Program-made: the position numbers and the translations under genes
Notes under the pieces: model-generated
What the model saw: the letters and a program-made list of their open reading frames with translations, nothing else
What the model was told of the DNA's origin: nothing
Database searches by the model: none
IMG/VR virus record: IMGVR_UViG_3300030118_002460
Location: 1 to 64,000 of that record
Length of the DNA: 64,000 bases
From: a virus
Reading direction: 5' to 3' (one strand)
Shown: positions 21,701 through 31,314 of the stretch, piece by piece
Layout of the letters: every line of letters starts with the position of its first letter
How positions within the stretch are numbered: the first letter of the stretch is position 1

Positions 21701-24700
21701 ATTCAGCAGATGATGGTGATATTACCACTGTAAATTCATATAATGATCTAGATTATTCCAAAGAGATTGCATCTGTCAATCAGGTCAGAGTGACTGACAT
21801 GATTGATGGTAGACCAAGAGTTAGTGACTATGTTGTGACACCTGGTGCTGCTTCACCACTGGAATTTGCTGGTAGAGCATTTGATGGTGGTCAACACAGT
21901 TCTAGTAGAATTATTGCATCAGATGAATCAATCACTCTTGACTATAACTACTATCTTGGTAGATCAGACAGAATCTTCCTGAATAAGGAAGGTGAACTCT
22001 CTATCAAGTATGGTGCTCCTGATGATATTCCTGTTCTCCCTGATGATGAGACTGGTTCATTGAATATTGCCAATGTCTTTATGCCTGCCTACCTTTACAA
22101 TGTGAAGGATGCCAGAATTAAGACTGTTGAGCATAAGAGATATCAGATGACTGATATCGCAAAACTTGAAGGAAGAATCAAGAATCTTGAATATTACACT
22201 TCATTGAATCTCCTTGAGCAGACTACTCTCAATACATTTGTTCCTGACATTAATGGTCTGAATAGATTTAAGTCTGGTATCTTTGTTGACAACTTCACTA
22301 CAACTCAACCACAGGATACTAGCATTGGTGTTAGAAACAGTATTGATGTTAAGAGAAAGGTTCTGAGACCTGCTCACTACTCCACATCATTCAACCTGAC
22401 TCTGGACCCCAATGCTAGTGGTGATACCAGATTTAATAACCTGATTGGTTCTGGTATTAGAAGAAATGGTCAGATGTTGACCCTTGATTACAGTGAAGTT
22501 CCCTGGATTACACAACCATTTGCTACAAGGGTTGAGAATGTAACTCCATTCCTTTCATTCTACTATCAAGGCAATATTGCTCTTGAACCAACTGCTGATA
22601 TCTGGATTGAAACCAACAGATTGGAGATGAGAAATGTCTCCATGGAAGGTTCATTCAGAGGTGTTGCAGAGGCACTTGGAGCAGAAATTACTGACAATGC
22701 TGATGGTTCAAGAATTGGTGCTACACCTGTTCTCTGGGACTCCTGGGAGACTACAAATGTTCAGGTTGATATTACATCAGCAACAACCAGATCAGAATCT
22801 GTTGCTGCTAGTGCTCAAAGACAGGGAACCAGTATTGGTGAATTGACTGGTGGTGCTGGTGCTGGTGCTGATATGAGTGCCAGTACAGTTGAAATAACAA
22901 CTATCAATGGCACTACAACCCTTGCACAGGAGAGAAGTGGCACTCAGCAGATTATTAATGAAGTAATTAACACTGAATCATTTGGTGACAGGATTGTTAA
23001 TAGAGAGATCCAACACTTCATGAGATCTCGTAACATTCAGTTTACTGGAACTAGATTGAAACCATTCACTCAACTCTATTCATTCTTTGATGGTGTTGAC
23101 GTCACCAGATTCAGTGTTCCTAAACTGATTGAAATTCAGATGCTTACTGGAACTTTTGTTCCAGGTGAAACAGTGACAGGTGTAATGCCCTCTTCTGAGA
23201 ATTCACAACTTACTAATGCTAATTCTAATGCATCAATTACATTTAGAGTTGCTAATTCAAATCACAAGTATGGTCCAATCCTTGCACCTACTGATACTTA
23301 CACTGCCAATCCATATGCAAGATCAAATGCAATCTCAACTGGATATACACAGTCATCAACTATTCTTAATGTAGACACATTCAGTCTTCAATCTGAGGAG
23401 TTCCCTGAATTCAATGGATATATTCAACAGGGCATGTTCCTTAGAGGTGAAAATGGTGCTGAGGCATTTGTAAGTCAGGTCAGATTGATTACTGACAATG
23501 TTGGCACACTCATTGGTTCTTATCTGGTTCCAGATAGTTCCAACCCTGCCAATCCTCTGTTTGAAACAGGTAGAAATCTGTTTAGACTTACCAGCAGTCC
23601 AATCAACAGTTTGATTAGGGGAACCACTTCAACATCTGGTCAGGAGATCTTCTACTCACAAGCAGATATTGATAATACCCAAGAAGTCACACTTTCACTG
23701 AGAAATGCATCTGTTGAGACTAATGATGACCTCCAGGATACTAGACAGGTAACAGAAACATTTACCAGAGAGGAAGTCACTGGATTTACCTTTGTACCCC
23801 CACCACCGCCACCACCACCACCAGATCCACCACCAGCACCCCCACGTCCTAGACCTGCTAGAACACGTAGGTCTAGTGATCCTCTGGCACAAACATTCTT
23901 TGTTGATGATGAGACAGGTGTGTTTGTTACTAAAATTGATCTCTTCTTCAGAACTAAGGCATCAACACTGCCTGTAACTCTGCAACTCAGAGAGACAATG
24001 ATGGGGATCCCCAGTCAGACTATTCTCCCCTATTCAGAGGTAGAAATCTTACCACAGAATATATTGACATCTGATGATGCAACAGCAAGGACTCAGATTC
24101 AGTTTGAGGCACCTGTTTATCTTGCAGGGGATAGGGAATATGCGATTGTGATGATGTCTCAGTCAACAGATTATACAGTCTATATTTCTAGATTGGGTGA
24201 ACCAGATGTAACAACTCTGGGAACTGAGGCAGGGCAAGTACTTGTAACATCACAACCACTTCTTGGTTCACTGTTCAAGTCACAGAATGCCACTGCATGG
24301 ACACCATCCCAGTATGAAGATCTTAAGTTCAATCTATACCGCTCTGACTTTGTTGGTGCTGGTAATGTTCAGTTCTTTAATCCAGATCTTCCTACCAACC
24401 TTGAAAGGATCAGTAGAAATGGTGTAACAGCAATTCCTAGAAACCTGAGTGTTGGCATTGGAACTACTATTTCTGATGGTGAACTCAGAATAGGTAACAC
24501 TATTCTTCAAGCTGATTCAGATGCAACTGGTGAACTTGTAGGATTTGCAGGTTCTATCACTGGTGCTCTTGCACTCACCAATGTTGGTTCAGGTTATACA
24601 CCTGCTAATGGTCAGTTCTCATATACTGGTGTTGCTCTGACAGCAGTGACTGGCACAGGTCTCAATGCAACTGCTGATATCACAATCAACAATGGTGTTG

Positions 24701-26331
24701 CTATTGCAGCAACAGTCAATGCTGGTGGTAAAGGATTCAGGGTTGGTGATGTTCTCACACCATTGAGTATTGGTAGTGAAGAACTTGGAAGTGGAATGCA
24801 ACTGTCTGTTCCTGAACTGAAAGGTTTCAATGAACTGATTCTTGATAAAGTCCAAGGAACATTTGGTCCCAATAACAGACTTCAATTCAAGGATGTATCT
24901 GGAATTGCTACTGATATCAATGCTGGCATTGGTGGAAGTGTATTCCCAGTTGGTCCACAGAGAATCAACAGTGATGGAAGGCATCTCAAGATCTTCCAAA
25001 GAAATCATGGCATGTACTCTGGTATCAACAGAGTCAATCTTCAGAATATTCAAACTGATGTTCCTGCAACTCAACTTACAAATGGATATCAGAAGGTTGA
25101 AACTGGTGTAATCTCTGTTGGTAATACTGCTAACTTTGGTGTCTTTGAAGGTGTTGGAGTTGGAGCTACTAACCCAGGTTATGTAAGAATTGGTGATGAA
25201 ATCATTGAATACACTGGTGTTTCTGATACTAACACATTGACTGGTATCACCAGCAGAGGTGTTGATGGCACACTGCCAGTTACACACAATGTAAATGATC
25301 TGGTCTACAAGTATGAGTTTGCTGGCATCTCTCTGAGAAGAATCAACACACAGCATACACTTGCTGATGCATCAGTTATTGAACCAATTGGAATTGACTA
25401 CTATCATGTCAGACTGGATATGTCTAAGAATGGCAATGATAAGTCTGAAACCTCTGCATCATTTGGTGCTAGATATCTGACTGAGATTAAACTTGGTGGT
25501 GGTATCAATGCAAGAGGAACATACAATCTTCCTTACAGTTTGATCATTCCTAATTTCAACACTACATCACCTACTGGCACTAATATCTTTGGTGCTGTAA
25601 GATCTGTGACTGAAACAAGTGTGTCTGGTACTGAGGTCTCATACATTGACCAAGGATTCCAAGAGATTGCAATGAAGGAGAAGAACTATTTTGATACACA
25701 GAGAATGGTTGTTTCTAAACCCAATGAGCAAGCATATCTGGGTTCTCTTCCTGGTAATAAGTCATTCACTATGAATCTCAATCTGAATTCATATGACAGA
25801 AGACTTTCACCTGCAATTGACCTCAATAGTTCTGCTGTTGTCTTTGTTTCCAATAGAGTCAATGCTCCTATCAGTGATTATGTCAGAGATTCAAGAGTCA
25901 ATGGCATAGGTCTGGACCCCAACAGTCTGATGTATGTAACCAAGAATGTTACTCTTGAAAATCCTGCAACATCTCTGAGAGTCTTTATTGATGGATATGT
26001 ATCTAACTTTAATGATGTAAGATTGTTCTATGCATTGGATCAAGATGTACCTGCTGTTGAGGCAGTCTACACTCCATTCCCTGGATTTAACAATATTGAT
26101 GATTTTGGTAATGTAATTAATCCAACATTGAATGATGGTACATCTGATGTTGTTGTCAGAAAGTCTGATCAGTACACACAGGAACCTGCTATCAACCTGT
26201 TCCAGGAGTATCAATTCTCAATTGAACAACTCCAACCATTCAGGACTTTCAGGGTCAAACTGATTGGAACATCTTCCAACCAAGCATGTGTTCCACAGTT
26301 CAGAAACCTTAGAGTGATTGCACTAGCATAA
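18763..26331 (+). CDS. Large virion structural protein (DUF4815/VrlC-like, 2522 aa)
   Basis: N-terminal NLNVAPYFDDF...VQARELNNLQ, APGADRL, RFKSGIFVDNF, DPLAQTF; synteny after gp8. Confidence 0.75.
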   Translation: MPQETNLNVAPYFDDFDKGSNYNKVLFKPAYPVQARELNNLQSILQGQIEDMGDNLFKEGSVIIPGQLSYSDKFYCIQIQAEYLGIPVSLYLDQLIGKRIVGRSSGVTATVVTFISNEQSVRGLYTLYLNYENSGDDNTTEFFQDDEVLVTESTISYATTFIAAGEGFANTIAVDAASAGSAFVLQQGVYYLRGHFVNVDSQILILEQYGTAASYRVGFTVNEEIISSDIDPDLNDNAQGYNNFTAPGADRLKITATLSKKLPDDFTDQGFVQLAESQNGILRDVSNDTRYNILGDELAKRTFDESGHYYVKEFVTSCRESLDNQEGNKGIYRAGQVTAGGGIPSDDMMVYKISPGKAYVRGFEVERLATTLVDAKKPRTTRLVKNQGINFGFGPTFAVNRVSGSPIIGIDTSLTISLRDQRIGVGSYTAPGKEIGEARLYDFALESGSYNSLNQNTNQWDLSLFDVTTYQDLEINIPATLTSPLHIEGESSGATGFLKYNVANGIGLTAYSVQGEFFQGERLKFNGVLDDARFLTDARKYNIGDIKSVFSIVGTGNTFSADVIQESSFSFDVSEITAASLGVSTITTPALGSRSMTGIATVGNLVQYSRPGLSVPSLARVREVLTQSIVIEPVTSIVGVCDGSLPSATFTVNDLKIVDAALQNSKGSGNFANNESLYSIFPRQNIESVDLTGSDMIFRQKFSTVIDANGSSSAINVSDPNTENFLSFDEERYSLITSDGVTEVLTADKFNFAGGSTILTIDGLSGPDPNATLIATVRKQNVTSKTKLKNVANRVIVDKSILSGSGIGGTTLNDGLTFGDFPFGTRVQDKIISLNTPDIIRVYGVFESADTSDPESPFMNVANMNGPSATTNDLIIGETVTGAVSGAKAIYLTRKSDTAIGFVYQNDSVFENNEVLTFSQSGVQGQANNLQPGSLNVTSDYLFFNGQKESIYDYGRILRRGDRATPTKKLIIYFSNAFYDSADDGDITTVNSYNDLDYSKEIASVNQVRVTDMIDGRPRVSDYVVTPGAASPLEFAGRAFDGGQHSSSRIIASDESITLDYNYYLGRSDRIFLNKEGELSIKYGAPDDIPVLPDDETGSLNIANVFMPAYLYNVKDARIKTVEHKRYQMTDIAKLEGRIKNLEYYTSLNLLEQTTLNTFVPDINGLNRFKSGIFVDNFTTTQPQDTSIGVRNSIDVKRKVLRPAHYSTSFNLTLDPNASGDTRFNNLIGSGIRRNGQMLTLDYSEVPWITQPFATRVENVTPFLSFYYQGNIALEPTADIWIETNRLEMRNVSMEGSFRGVAEALGAEITDNADGSRIGATPVLWDSWETTNVQVDITSATTRSESVAASAQRQGTSIGELTGGAGAGADMSASTVEITTINGTTTLAQERSGTQQIINEVINTESFGDRIVNREIQHFMRSRNIQFTGTRLKPFTQLYSFFDGVDVTRFSVPKLIEIQMLTGTFVPGETVTGVMPSSENSQLTNANSNASITFRVANSNHKYGPILAPTDTYTANPYARSNAISTGYTQSSTILNVDTFSLQSEEFPEFNGYIQQGMFLRGENGAEAFVSQVRLITDNVGTLIGSYLVPDSSNPANPLFETGRNLFRLTSSPINSLIRGTTSTSGQEIFYSQADIDNTQEVTLSLRNASVETNDDLQDTRQVTETFTREEVTGFTFVPPPPPPPPPDPPPAPPRPRPARTRRSSDPLAQTFFVDDETGVFVTKIDLFFRTKASTLPVTLQLRETMMGIPSQTILPYSEVEILPQNILTSDDATARTQIQFEAPVYLAGDREYAIVMMSQSTDYTVYISRLGEPDVTTLGTEAGQVLVTSQPLLGSLFKSQNATAWTPSQYEDLKFNLYRSDFVGAGNVQFFNPDLPTNLERISRNGVTAIPRNLSVGIGTTISDGELRIGNTILQADSDATGELVGFAGSITGALALTNVGSGYTPANGQFSYTGVALTAVTGTGLNATADITINNGVAIAATVNAGGKGFRVGDVLTPLSIGSEELGSGMQLSVPELKGFNELILDKVQGTFGPNNRLQFKDVSGIATDINAGIGGSVFPVGPQRINSDGRHLKIFQRNHGMYSGINRVNLQNIQTDVPATQLTNGYQKVETGVISVGNTANFGVFEGVGVGATNPGYVRIGDEIIEYTGVSDTNTLTGITSRGVDGTLPVTHNVNDLVYKYEFAGISLRRINTQHTLADASVIEPIGIDYYHVRLDMSKNGNDKSETSASFGARYLTEIKLGGGINARGTYNLPYSLIIPNFNTTSPTGTNIFGAVRSVTETSVSGTEVSYIDQGFQEIAMKEKNYFDTQRMVVSKPNEQAYLGSLPGNKSFTMNLNLNSYDRRLSPAIDLNSSAVVFVSNRVNAPISDYVRDSRVNGIGLDPNSLMYVTKNVTLENPATSLRVFIDGYVSNFNDVRLFYALDQDVPAVEAVYTPFPGFNNIDDFGNVINPTLNDGTSDVVVRKSDQYTQEPAINLFQEYQFSIEQLQPFRTFRVKLIGTSSNQACVPQFRNLRVIALA

Positions 26332-26561
26332 TGGATTTGTTACCAGTTCAAGGAAAAGATGATTTGCACAGGGACTCCCAGTCCCGTGCAATCATCAATA
26401 CTGATCATTCAAGATTTGAGGCATACATGAATTCAAGGAATAGACTCTCTGCTGAAAAACAGAGAGTTGAGAATCTTGAAAAGAAAGTTGAAGACCTCTC
26501 TGATAATATAAATGACATCAAGTCAATGCTCCAAACTATCATAAAGCAAAATGGCCAATAA
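26331..26561 (+). CDS. Hypothetical coiled-coil protein (76 aa)
   Basis: Coupled to upstream stop; C-terminal heptad pattern. Confidence 0.7.
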   Translation: MDLLPVQGKDDLHRDSQSRAIINTDHSRFEAYMNSRNRLSAEKQRVENLEKKVEDLSDNINDIKSMLQTIIKQNGQ

Positions 26562-26928
26562 CACCATTACATTTGACCCTGCTGCTGGTGTAGCATATGG
26601 AGTCAATTTTACTATTAACAAAGGTGCTTCTTTCAGATCAACCTTTCAGGTGACAAACAATGATAACTCAAACTTTGACTTCACTGGTTATGCTGGAACT
26701 GCAATGATGAAAAGATCCAATAATGTTGGATCTAGTGTGGCAATCGCTGCAACCTTTGCAGTTGGATTTACTAGTGCAAGTAGTGGTCAATTTAAACTAT
26801 CTTTAACTGACACAGAGGTTAATACTCTAAAACCAGGGAGATATTACTATAATATGAATGTCAGTATTGGTTCAAGCGTTTACAGAATCATTGAAGGTAA
26901 TGCTCTGGTTGTTGGTGGGGCTGTCTAA
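26551..26928 (+). CDS. Virion structural protein (beta-sandwich)
   Basis: FDFTGY, LSLTDTE...LKPGRYYY...RIIEG pattern; lies in the late operon. Confidence 0.65.
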   Translation: MANNTITFDPAAGVAYGVNFTINKGASFRSTFQVTNNDNSNFDFTGYAGTAMMKRSNNVGSSVAIAATFAVGFTSASSGQFKLSLTDTEVNTLKPGRYYYNMNVSIGSSVYRIIEGNALVVGGAV

Positions 26929-26931
26929 ATA
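26926..26931 (+). promoter_or_regulatory. T4-type late promoter core
   Basis: TAAATA upstream of gp13. Confidence 0.6.
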
Positions 26932-26950
26932 GTAAAAAAAATAGTGTATA

Positions 26951-27829
26951 ATGGCTCAACCTTCTACACGACAAGAATTGATAGATTATTGCCTGAGACA
27001 GTTGGGAGCACCTGTCCTGGAAATAAATGTAGCAGAAGAACAGGTTCAAGACTTGGTTGATGATGCTATACAATTCTTTCAAGAAAGACATTTTGATGGT
27101 GTTCATCAGACGTATCTGAAATATCGTATCACACAAGATGATGTTGATAGAGGTTTGGCGCGTCCACCAGGAGCACCAACTAGTGATGCAGGAAGTGTTG
27201 GTATTGCTTCCACCTCAGCAACTACAAATATTGTAGGAACTGCCACAACATTCACATATTATGAGAACAGCAATTATCTGCAAGTAAATCCTGATATCAT
27301 TGGTATCAATAAAGTATTCCAGTTTGATGGATCTTATAGTGGATCTGGAATGTTCAATATCAAATATCAATACATGCTTAATGATGTATTTGGTATGTGG
27401 GGAGGATATGGTGCATCAGGAATGGACCTGACCTCCTATGATATGACTATGAGTTATTTGGAGACTATGAACTTCCTTCTGAATACTCATAAACAGATTA
27501 GATTTAATCAAAGAAAAGATAGAATGTATCTTGATATTGATTGGGAAACTTTGAAAAAGGATGATTATCTGGTTATTGACTGTTGGAGAGCAATGGATCC
27601 CAATGACTACTCAAGAGTCTGGAATGATTCATTCCTGAAACCATATCTGACTGCTCTTATTAAGAAGCAGTGGGGTCAAAACCTTATCAAATTCCAGGGT
27701 GTCAAACTTCCTGGTGGCATTGAGTTTAATGGCAGAGCAATCTTTGATGATGGTCAGAGAGAACTTGATGAGATTAGACAAAAGATGCTGAGCACCTATG
27801 AACTTCCACCATTAGATATGATAGGTTGA
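26951..27829 (+). CDS. gp13: Neck protein gp13
   Basis: ELIDYCLRQLGAPVLEINV, QWGQNLIKFQGVKLPGG. Confidence 0.92.
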   Translation: MAQPSTRQELIDYCLRQLGAPVLEINVAEEQVQDLVDDAIQFFQERHFDGVHQTYLKYRITQDDVDRGLARPPGAPTSDAGSVGIASTSATTNIVGTATTFTYYENSNYLQVNPDIIGINKVFQFDGSYSGSGMFNIKYQYMLNDVFGMWGGYGASGMDLTSYDMTMSYLETMNFLLNTHKQIRFNQRKDRMYLDIDWETLKKDDYLVIDCWRAMDPNDYSRVWNDSFLKPYLTALIKKQWGQNLIKFQGVKLPGGIEFNGRAIFDDGQRELDEIRQKMLSTYELPPLDMIG

Positions 27830-27833
27830 TTCC

Positions 27834-29237
27834 ATGCTCAATCCATTTTTCCTCAACAGTAGCACTAGTGAGCAGAATCTGATTCAGAGTCTGGTCAATG
27901 AACAACTGAAGATGTATGGCGTTGAGATATTTTATATACCAAGAAAGTATCTCAAAAAGAACACTGTAATCAAAGAGGTTATTCAGTCTGAGTTCACTAG
28001 TGCTTTCCCTATTGAAGCATATGTGGATAACTATGAGGGATATGGTGGTCAGGGAACTCTGCTGTCAAAATTTGGCATCATGGAGAAGGATGACCTGACT
28101 TTGATTGTGTCAAGAGAAAGATATGAAGGTTACATTACCCCCCTCATAAAGAATCTTCCACACATTGAGTTAGCAGATAGACCAAAAGAAGGAGATCTAA
28201 TTTATTTCCCTCTTGGTGATAGGTTGTTTGAGATCAAGTATGTAGAACATGAGCAACCATTCTATCAACTTCAAAAGAACTATGTCTATCAGTTGAGATG
28301 TGAACTCTTCAGATATGAGGATGAAGTTCTGGATACAGGTGTTGACACTATTGATGATGAGATTGAACAAATTGGTTATATCCAAACTCTTGGATTAGTT
28401 GGCACAGGTGAAACTGCAACTGGAACTGCTGGTCTATGTACAAGTGGTGCAGTTCAGAGAGTTTACATTACCAATATGGGTAGAGGATATACAGCACCAC
28501 CTAGTGTTGGTTTCAGTTCTGCCCCAGATGGTGGTGTGACAGCACAGGGTGTGGTATCTATCTCAGACCAATATGTTGGTTGTAAGGGATTTGGTGATGG
28601 TAAGGTGGTATCTGTATGCTTAACCAACGCTGGTTGTGGATATACAGTTGCCCCTATGGTCAAGTTCACTGGTGGAGGAGGATTAGGTGCTGCAGCAACC
28701 ACTGGAATATGCACTCATGGTTCTATACAGTTCATTACTATTACCAATCCAGGTGCAGGATATACTAACAATGTTGATATCTCAATTGGATACACAGGAG
28801 CAACTGGACCAGGATTTGTAACTGCAACTGCTACTGGTGTGGTTAACAATGCTGGTATTGTCACTTATGTCTGTATCACAAATGCAGGATGTGGTTACAC
28901 CATTGCACCTGAACTTGAATTCAATAATCCACCAGGTATTGGATCATCAATAGGGGGTTCATTTATCTTCAATGAAATTGTTATTGGACAAACATCCAAC
29001 ACTGAGGCAAGAGTCAAGGAGTATGATGCTGTGAATAACACACTAGAGATATCTGTTGTCTCTGGTGAGTTTGGAGTTGGTGAGACCATTGTTGGTCAGG
29101 AGTCAGGAGCAAGACATGTTGTCAGAACTTTGACCACTGATGACCTAGTGACACCATTTGCAGATAATGATACAATAGAATTAGAAGCAGACAAGATTAT
29201 AGATTTTACAACTACTAACCCATTTGGTATGCCCTAA
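27834..29237 (+). CDS. gp14: Neck protein gp14 with beta-repeat insertion
   Basis: LLSKFG, RPKEGDLIYFP, LFEIKYVEHEQPFYQL, C-terminal NPFG. Confidence 0.9.
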   Translation: MLNPFFLNSSTSEQNLIQSLVNEQLKMYGVEIFYIPRKYLKKNTVIKEVIQSEFTSAFPIEAYVDNYEGYGGQGTLLSKFGIMEKDDLTLIVSRERYEGYITPLIKNLPHIELADRPKEGDLIYFPLGDRLFEIKYVEHEQPFYQLQKNYVYQLRCELFRYEDEVLDTGVDTIDDEIEQIGYIQTLGLVGTGETATGTAGLCTSGAVQRVYITNMGRGYTAPPSVGFSSAPDGGVTAQGVVSISDQYVGCKGFGDGKVVSVCLTNAGCGYTVAPMVKFTGGGGLGAAATTGICTHGSIQFITITNPGAGYTNNVDISIGYTGATGPGFVTATATGVVNNAGIVTYVCITNAGCGYTIAPELEFNNPPGIGSSIGGSFIFNEIVIGQTSNTEARVKEYDAVNNTLEISVVSGEFGVGETIVGQESGARHVVRTLTTDDLVTPFADNDTIELEADKIIDFTTTNPFGMP

Positions 29238-29239
29238 CA

Positions 29240-29812
29240 ATGAAGAACATTATTATTATTAAAAGTGACTTGAATGTAGAACCAATACTAAACCAAATCA
29301 AGCAGAATTGGAGAGACTGGGATTGGGTTTCCTCTCTCCAGAAAGAGACTATTGGTGGTGACAAAGATCCATATGGATTCTTGCCCCTTGTTTGGGCTAA
29401 GGTTAAGAATGGTGAGAGTCCCAAAGATGTGGATGTGACACAAAAGACACCTCTTTTTGATCATTTCTCTGAGGTGCATAAGTTTTGGAAAAAGAATAAA
29501 ATATACAAGACTGGCAGAGCAGCATTCTTCAAATTAGAACCTGATGGGACTGTTGGAGAGCATATTGATGAAGGTAAATATTACCTCACCAAGGATAGAT
29601 ATCACCTATCACTACAATCCAGATATCATTACACTGTTGGAGATGAAGAGATGATTGTTGAACCAGGGACCTTCTTCTGGTTTAACAATAAACTCCCACA
29701 TAGTGCTCATAACATTGGAGACGTTGATAGAGTTTCCTTGGTATGGGATGTTCCTCATAATACTAGAAATCCCCATCACAGAACTGGGACAAGAGGTCAG
29801 GGTTTTGGATGA
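29240..29812 (+). CDS. 2OG-Fe(II) oxygenase, aspartyl/asparaginyl beta-hydroxylase family
   Basis: HxD (EHIDEG), RYHLSL, WFNNKLPHSAHN, DRVSLVWD. Confidence 0.78.
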   Translation: MKNIIIIKSDLNVEPILNQIKQNWRDWDWVSSLQKETIGGDKDPYGFLPLVWAKVKNGESPKDVDVTQKTPLFDHFSEVHKFWKKNKIYKTGRAAFFKLEPDGTVGEHIDEGKYYLTKDRYHLSLQSRYHYTVGDEEMIVEPGTFFWFNNKLPHSAHNIGDVDRVSLVWDVPHNTRNPHHRTGTRGQGFG

Positions 29813-29815
29813 CTC

Positions 29816-29821
29816 TAAATA
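29816..29821 (+). promoter_or_regulatory. T4-type late promoter core
   Basis: TAAATA upstream of gp15. Confidence 0.6.
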
Positions 29822-29843
29822 GAAATATAATCAATTCACAACA

Positions 29844-30854
29844 ATGTTTGAGTATTTCTATAATGAGATTTTCAGATCTGTAATTATTGGATTTGGATCA
29901 CTCTTCAATGGTATTGAGATCAAGCATAAGGATGCTAGTGATGATGTTTATAGCGTCATCAAAGTTCCTCTTGCATATGGTCCTACTCAAAAGTTTCTTG
30001 CAAGATTAGAGCAAACTCCTGATCTGAATACACCAGTTCAAATGACTCTTCCTAGGATGTCATTTGAGTTCACTAACTTGCAATATGACCCTGAGAGAAA
30101 GGTAACTCAATCTCAGGCATTTTTTGTTGTGGGTGATGATGGTCAAAAAGTCAAAAAGACTTTTATGCCTGTCCCATATAATATGACTATTGAGTTGTCT
30201 GTAATGACTAAACTCAATGATGATATGCTTCAGATCACTGAGCAAATCCTTCCATACTTTCAACCAGGTTATACACTTCCTATCAAGTTCCTTGGTGAAC
30301 TTGCAGAGGTTCAGAATGTTCCAATTGTGATTGAAAGCATTCAAATGGAAGATGATTATGAAGGCAACTTTGACACCAGAAGAGCACTAGTATATACCTT
30401 CCAATTCACTGCAAAAACCTATCTGTATGGTCCCACAACTGATGTTACAGGTGAGATCATTAAGAAGGTTCAGATTGGTTATATTTCTGGTAACAGATCC
30501 ACATCATCTAATATCAACTTCAATAGAGATGTAACATATCGTGTTGAACCAAGGGCAGTCATTGATCATAATGATTCAACACTTACCCAACTGGAAAAAG
30601 ATCTTGATAAGACCACAACTTACATTGATGTTGAGGATGGTACTAAACTAATTAAGGGTGGTTATGTTGATATTAATGGAGAAAGTCTATACATTAAGGA
30701 TATCTCTGGTAACAGAGCAACAGTAAGAAGAGCACAAGATAAAACTAGGGCAGCAATTCACCCATCTGGTTCTGCAATCAACAGCATCACCAAAGCAGAT
30801 GTGCCATTCATTGATGATGGTGACAACTTTGGTTTTGATGGTAGCACTTTCTGA
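29844..30854 (+). CDS. gp15: Tail sheath stabilizer/terminator gp15
   Basis: FGSLFNGI, KVPLAYGPTQKF, LPRMSFE, EQILPYFQP. Confidence 0.92.
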   Translation: MFEYFYNEIFRSVIIGFGSLFNGIEIKHKDASDDVYSVIKVPLAYGPTQKFLARLEQTPDLNTPVQMTLPRMSFEFTNLQYDPERKVTQSQAFFVVGDDGQKVKKTFMPVPYNMTIELSVMTKLNDDMLQITEQILPYFQPGYTLPIKFLGELAEVQNVPIVIESIQMEDDYEGNFDTRRALVYTFQFTAKTYLYGPTTDVTGEIIKKVQIGYISGNRSTSSNINFNRDVTYRVEPRAVIDHNDSTLTQLEKDLDKTTTYIDVEDGTKLIKGGYVDINGESLYIKDISGNRATVRRAQDKTRAAIHPSGSAINSITKADVPFIDDGDNFGFDGSTF

Positions 30855-30866
30855 TAGGAATGAATC

Positions 30867-31289
30867 ATGTCTAACAAATTTGATAAATTAAATGAAACAT
30901 TTGATGTAACTCCTACTGAAGTAGAAATACAGCAGACTACACCAGAGGACAGAATCAAACAAATTAAAAGTTCCTCAGAAGATATACGTAAAGACTACGA
31001 ATATACTAGGGGCAATCTGTATTCCATCATTGAAAAGGGTCAAGAAGCAATCAATGGGATTCTAGAACTTGCTCAAGAGAGTGAAATGCCCAGAGCATAT
31101 GAAGTTGCTGGTCAGTTGATCAAAAATGTCTCTGATGCAACAGATAAATTGATGGATCTTCAGAAAAAACTGAAGGATGTCAATGAAGAGAAAGAACAAA
31201 AGGGTCCAACCACTGTAAATAATGCTCTATTTGTTGGTTCAACTGCTGATTTACAAAAAATGTTGAAGCAGGCATCACAAGATAAATAA
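30867..31289 (+). CDS. gp16: Terminase small subunit gp16
   Basis: DYEYTRGNL, PRAYEVAGQLIK, NNALFVGSTADLQKML. Confidence 0.92.
   Translation: MSNKFDKLNETFDVTPTEVEIQQTTPEDRIKQIKSSSEDIRKDYEYTRGNLYSIIEKGQEAINGILELAQESEMPRAYEVAGQLIKNVSDATDKLMDLQKKLKDVNEEKEQKGPTTVNNALFVGSTADLQKMLKQASQDK
31283..31288 (+). promoter_or_regulatory. T4-type late promoter core
   Basis: TAAATA at the gp16 stop. Confidence 0.55.
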
Positions 31290-31314
31290 TAACAAAGAAA
31301 TTCTTACCTATAAA

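Noticed and set aside
24619-25356. 245-aa antisense ORF and other minus-strand ORFs (e.g. 20748-21281, 55452-56102, 56980-57483)
   Set aside because: All lie wholly within well-supported + strand genes and translate to unnatural Ile/Ser-rich sequences.
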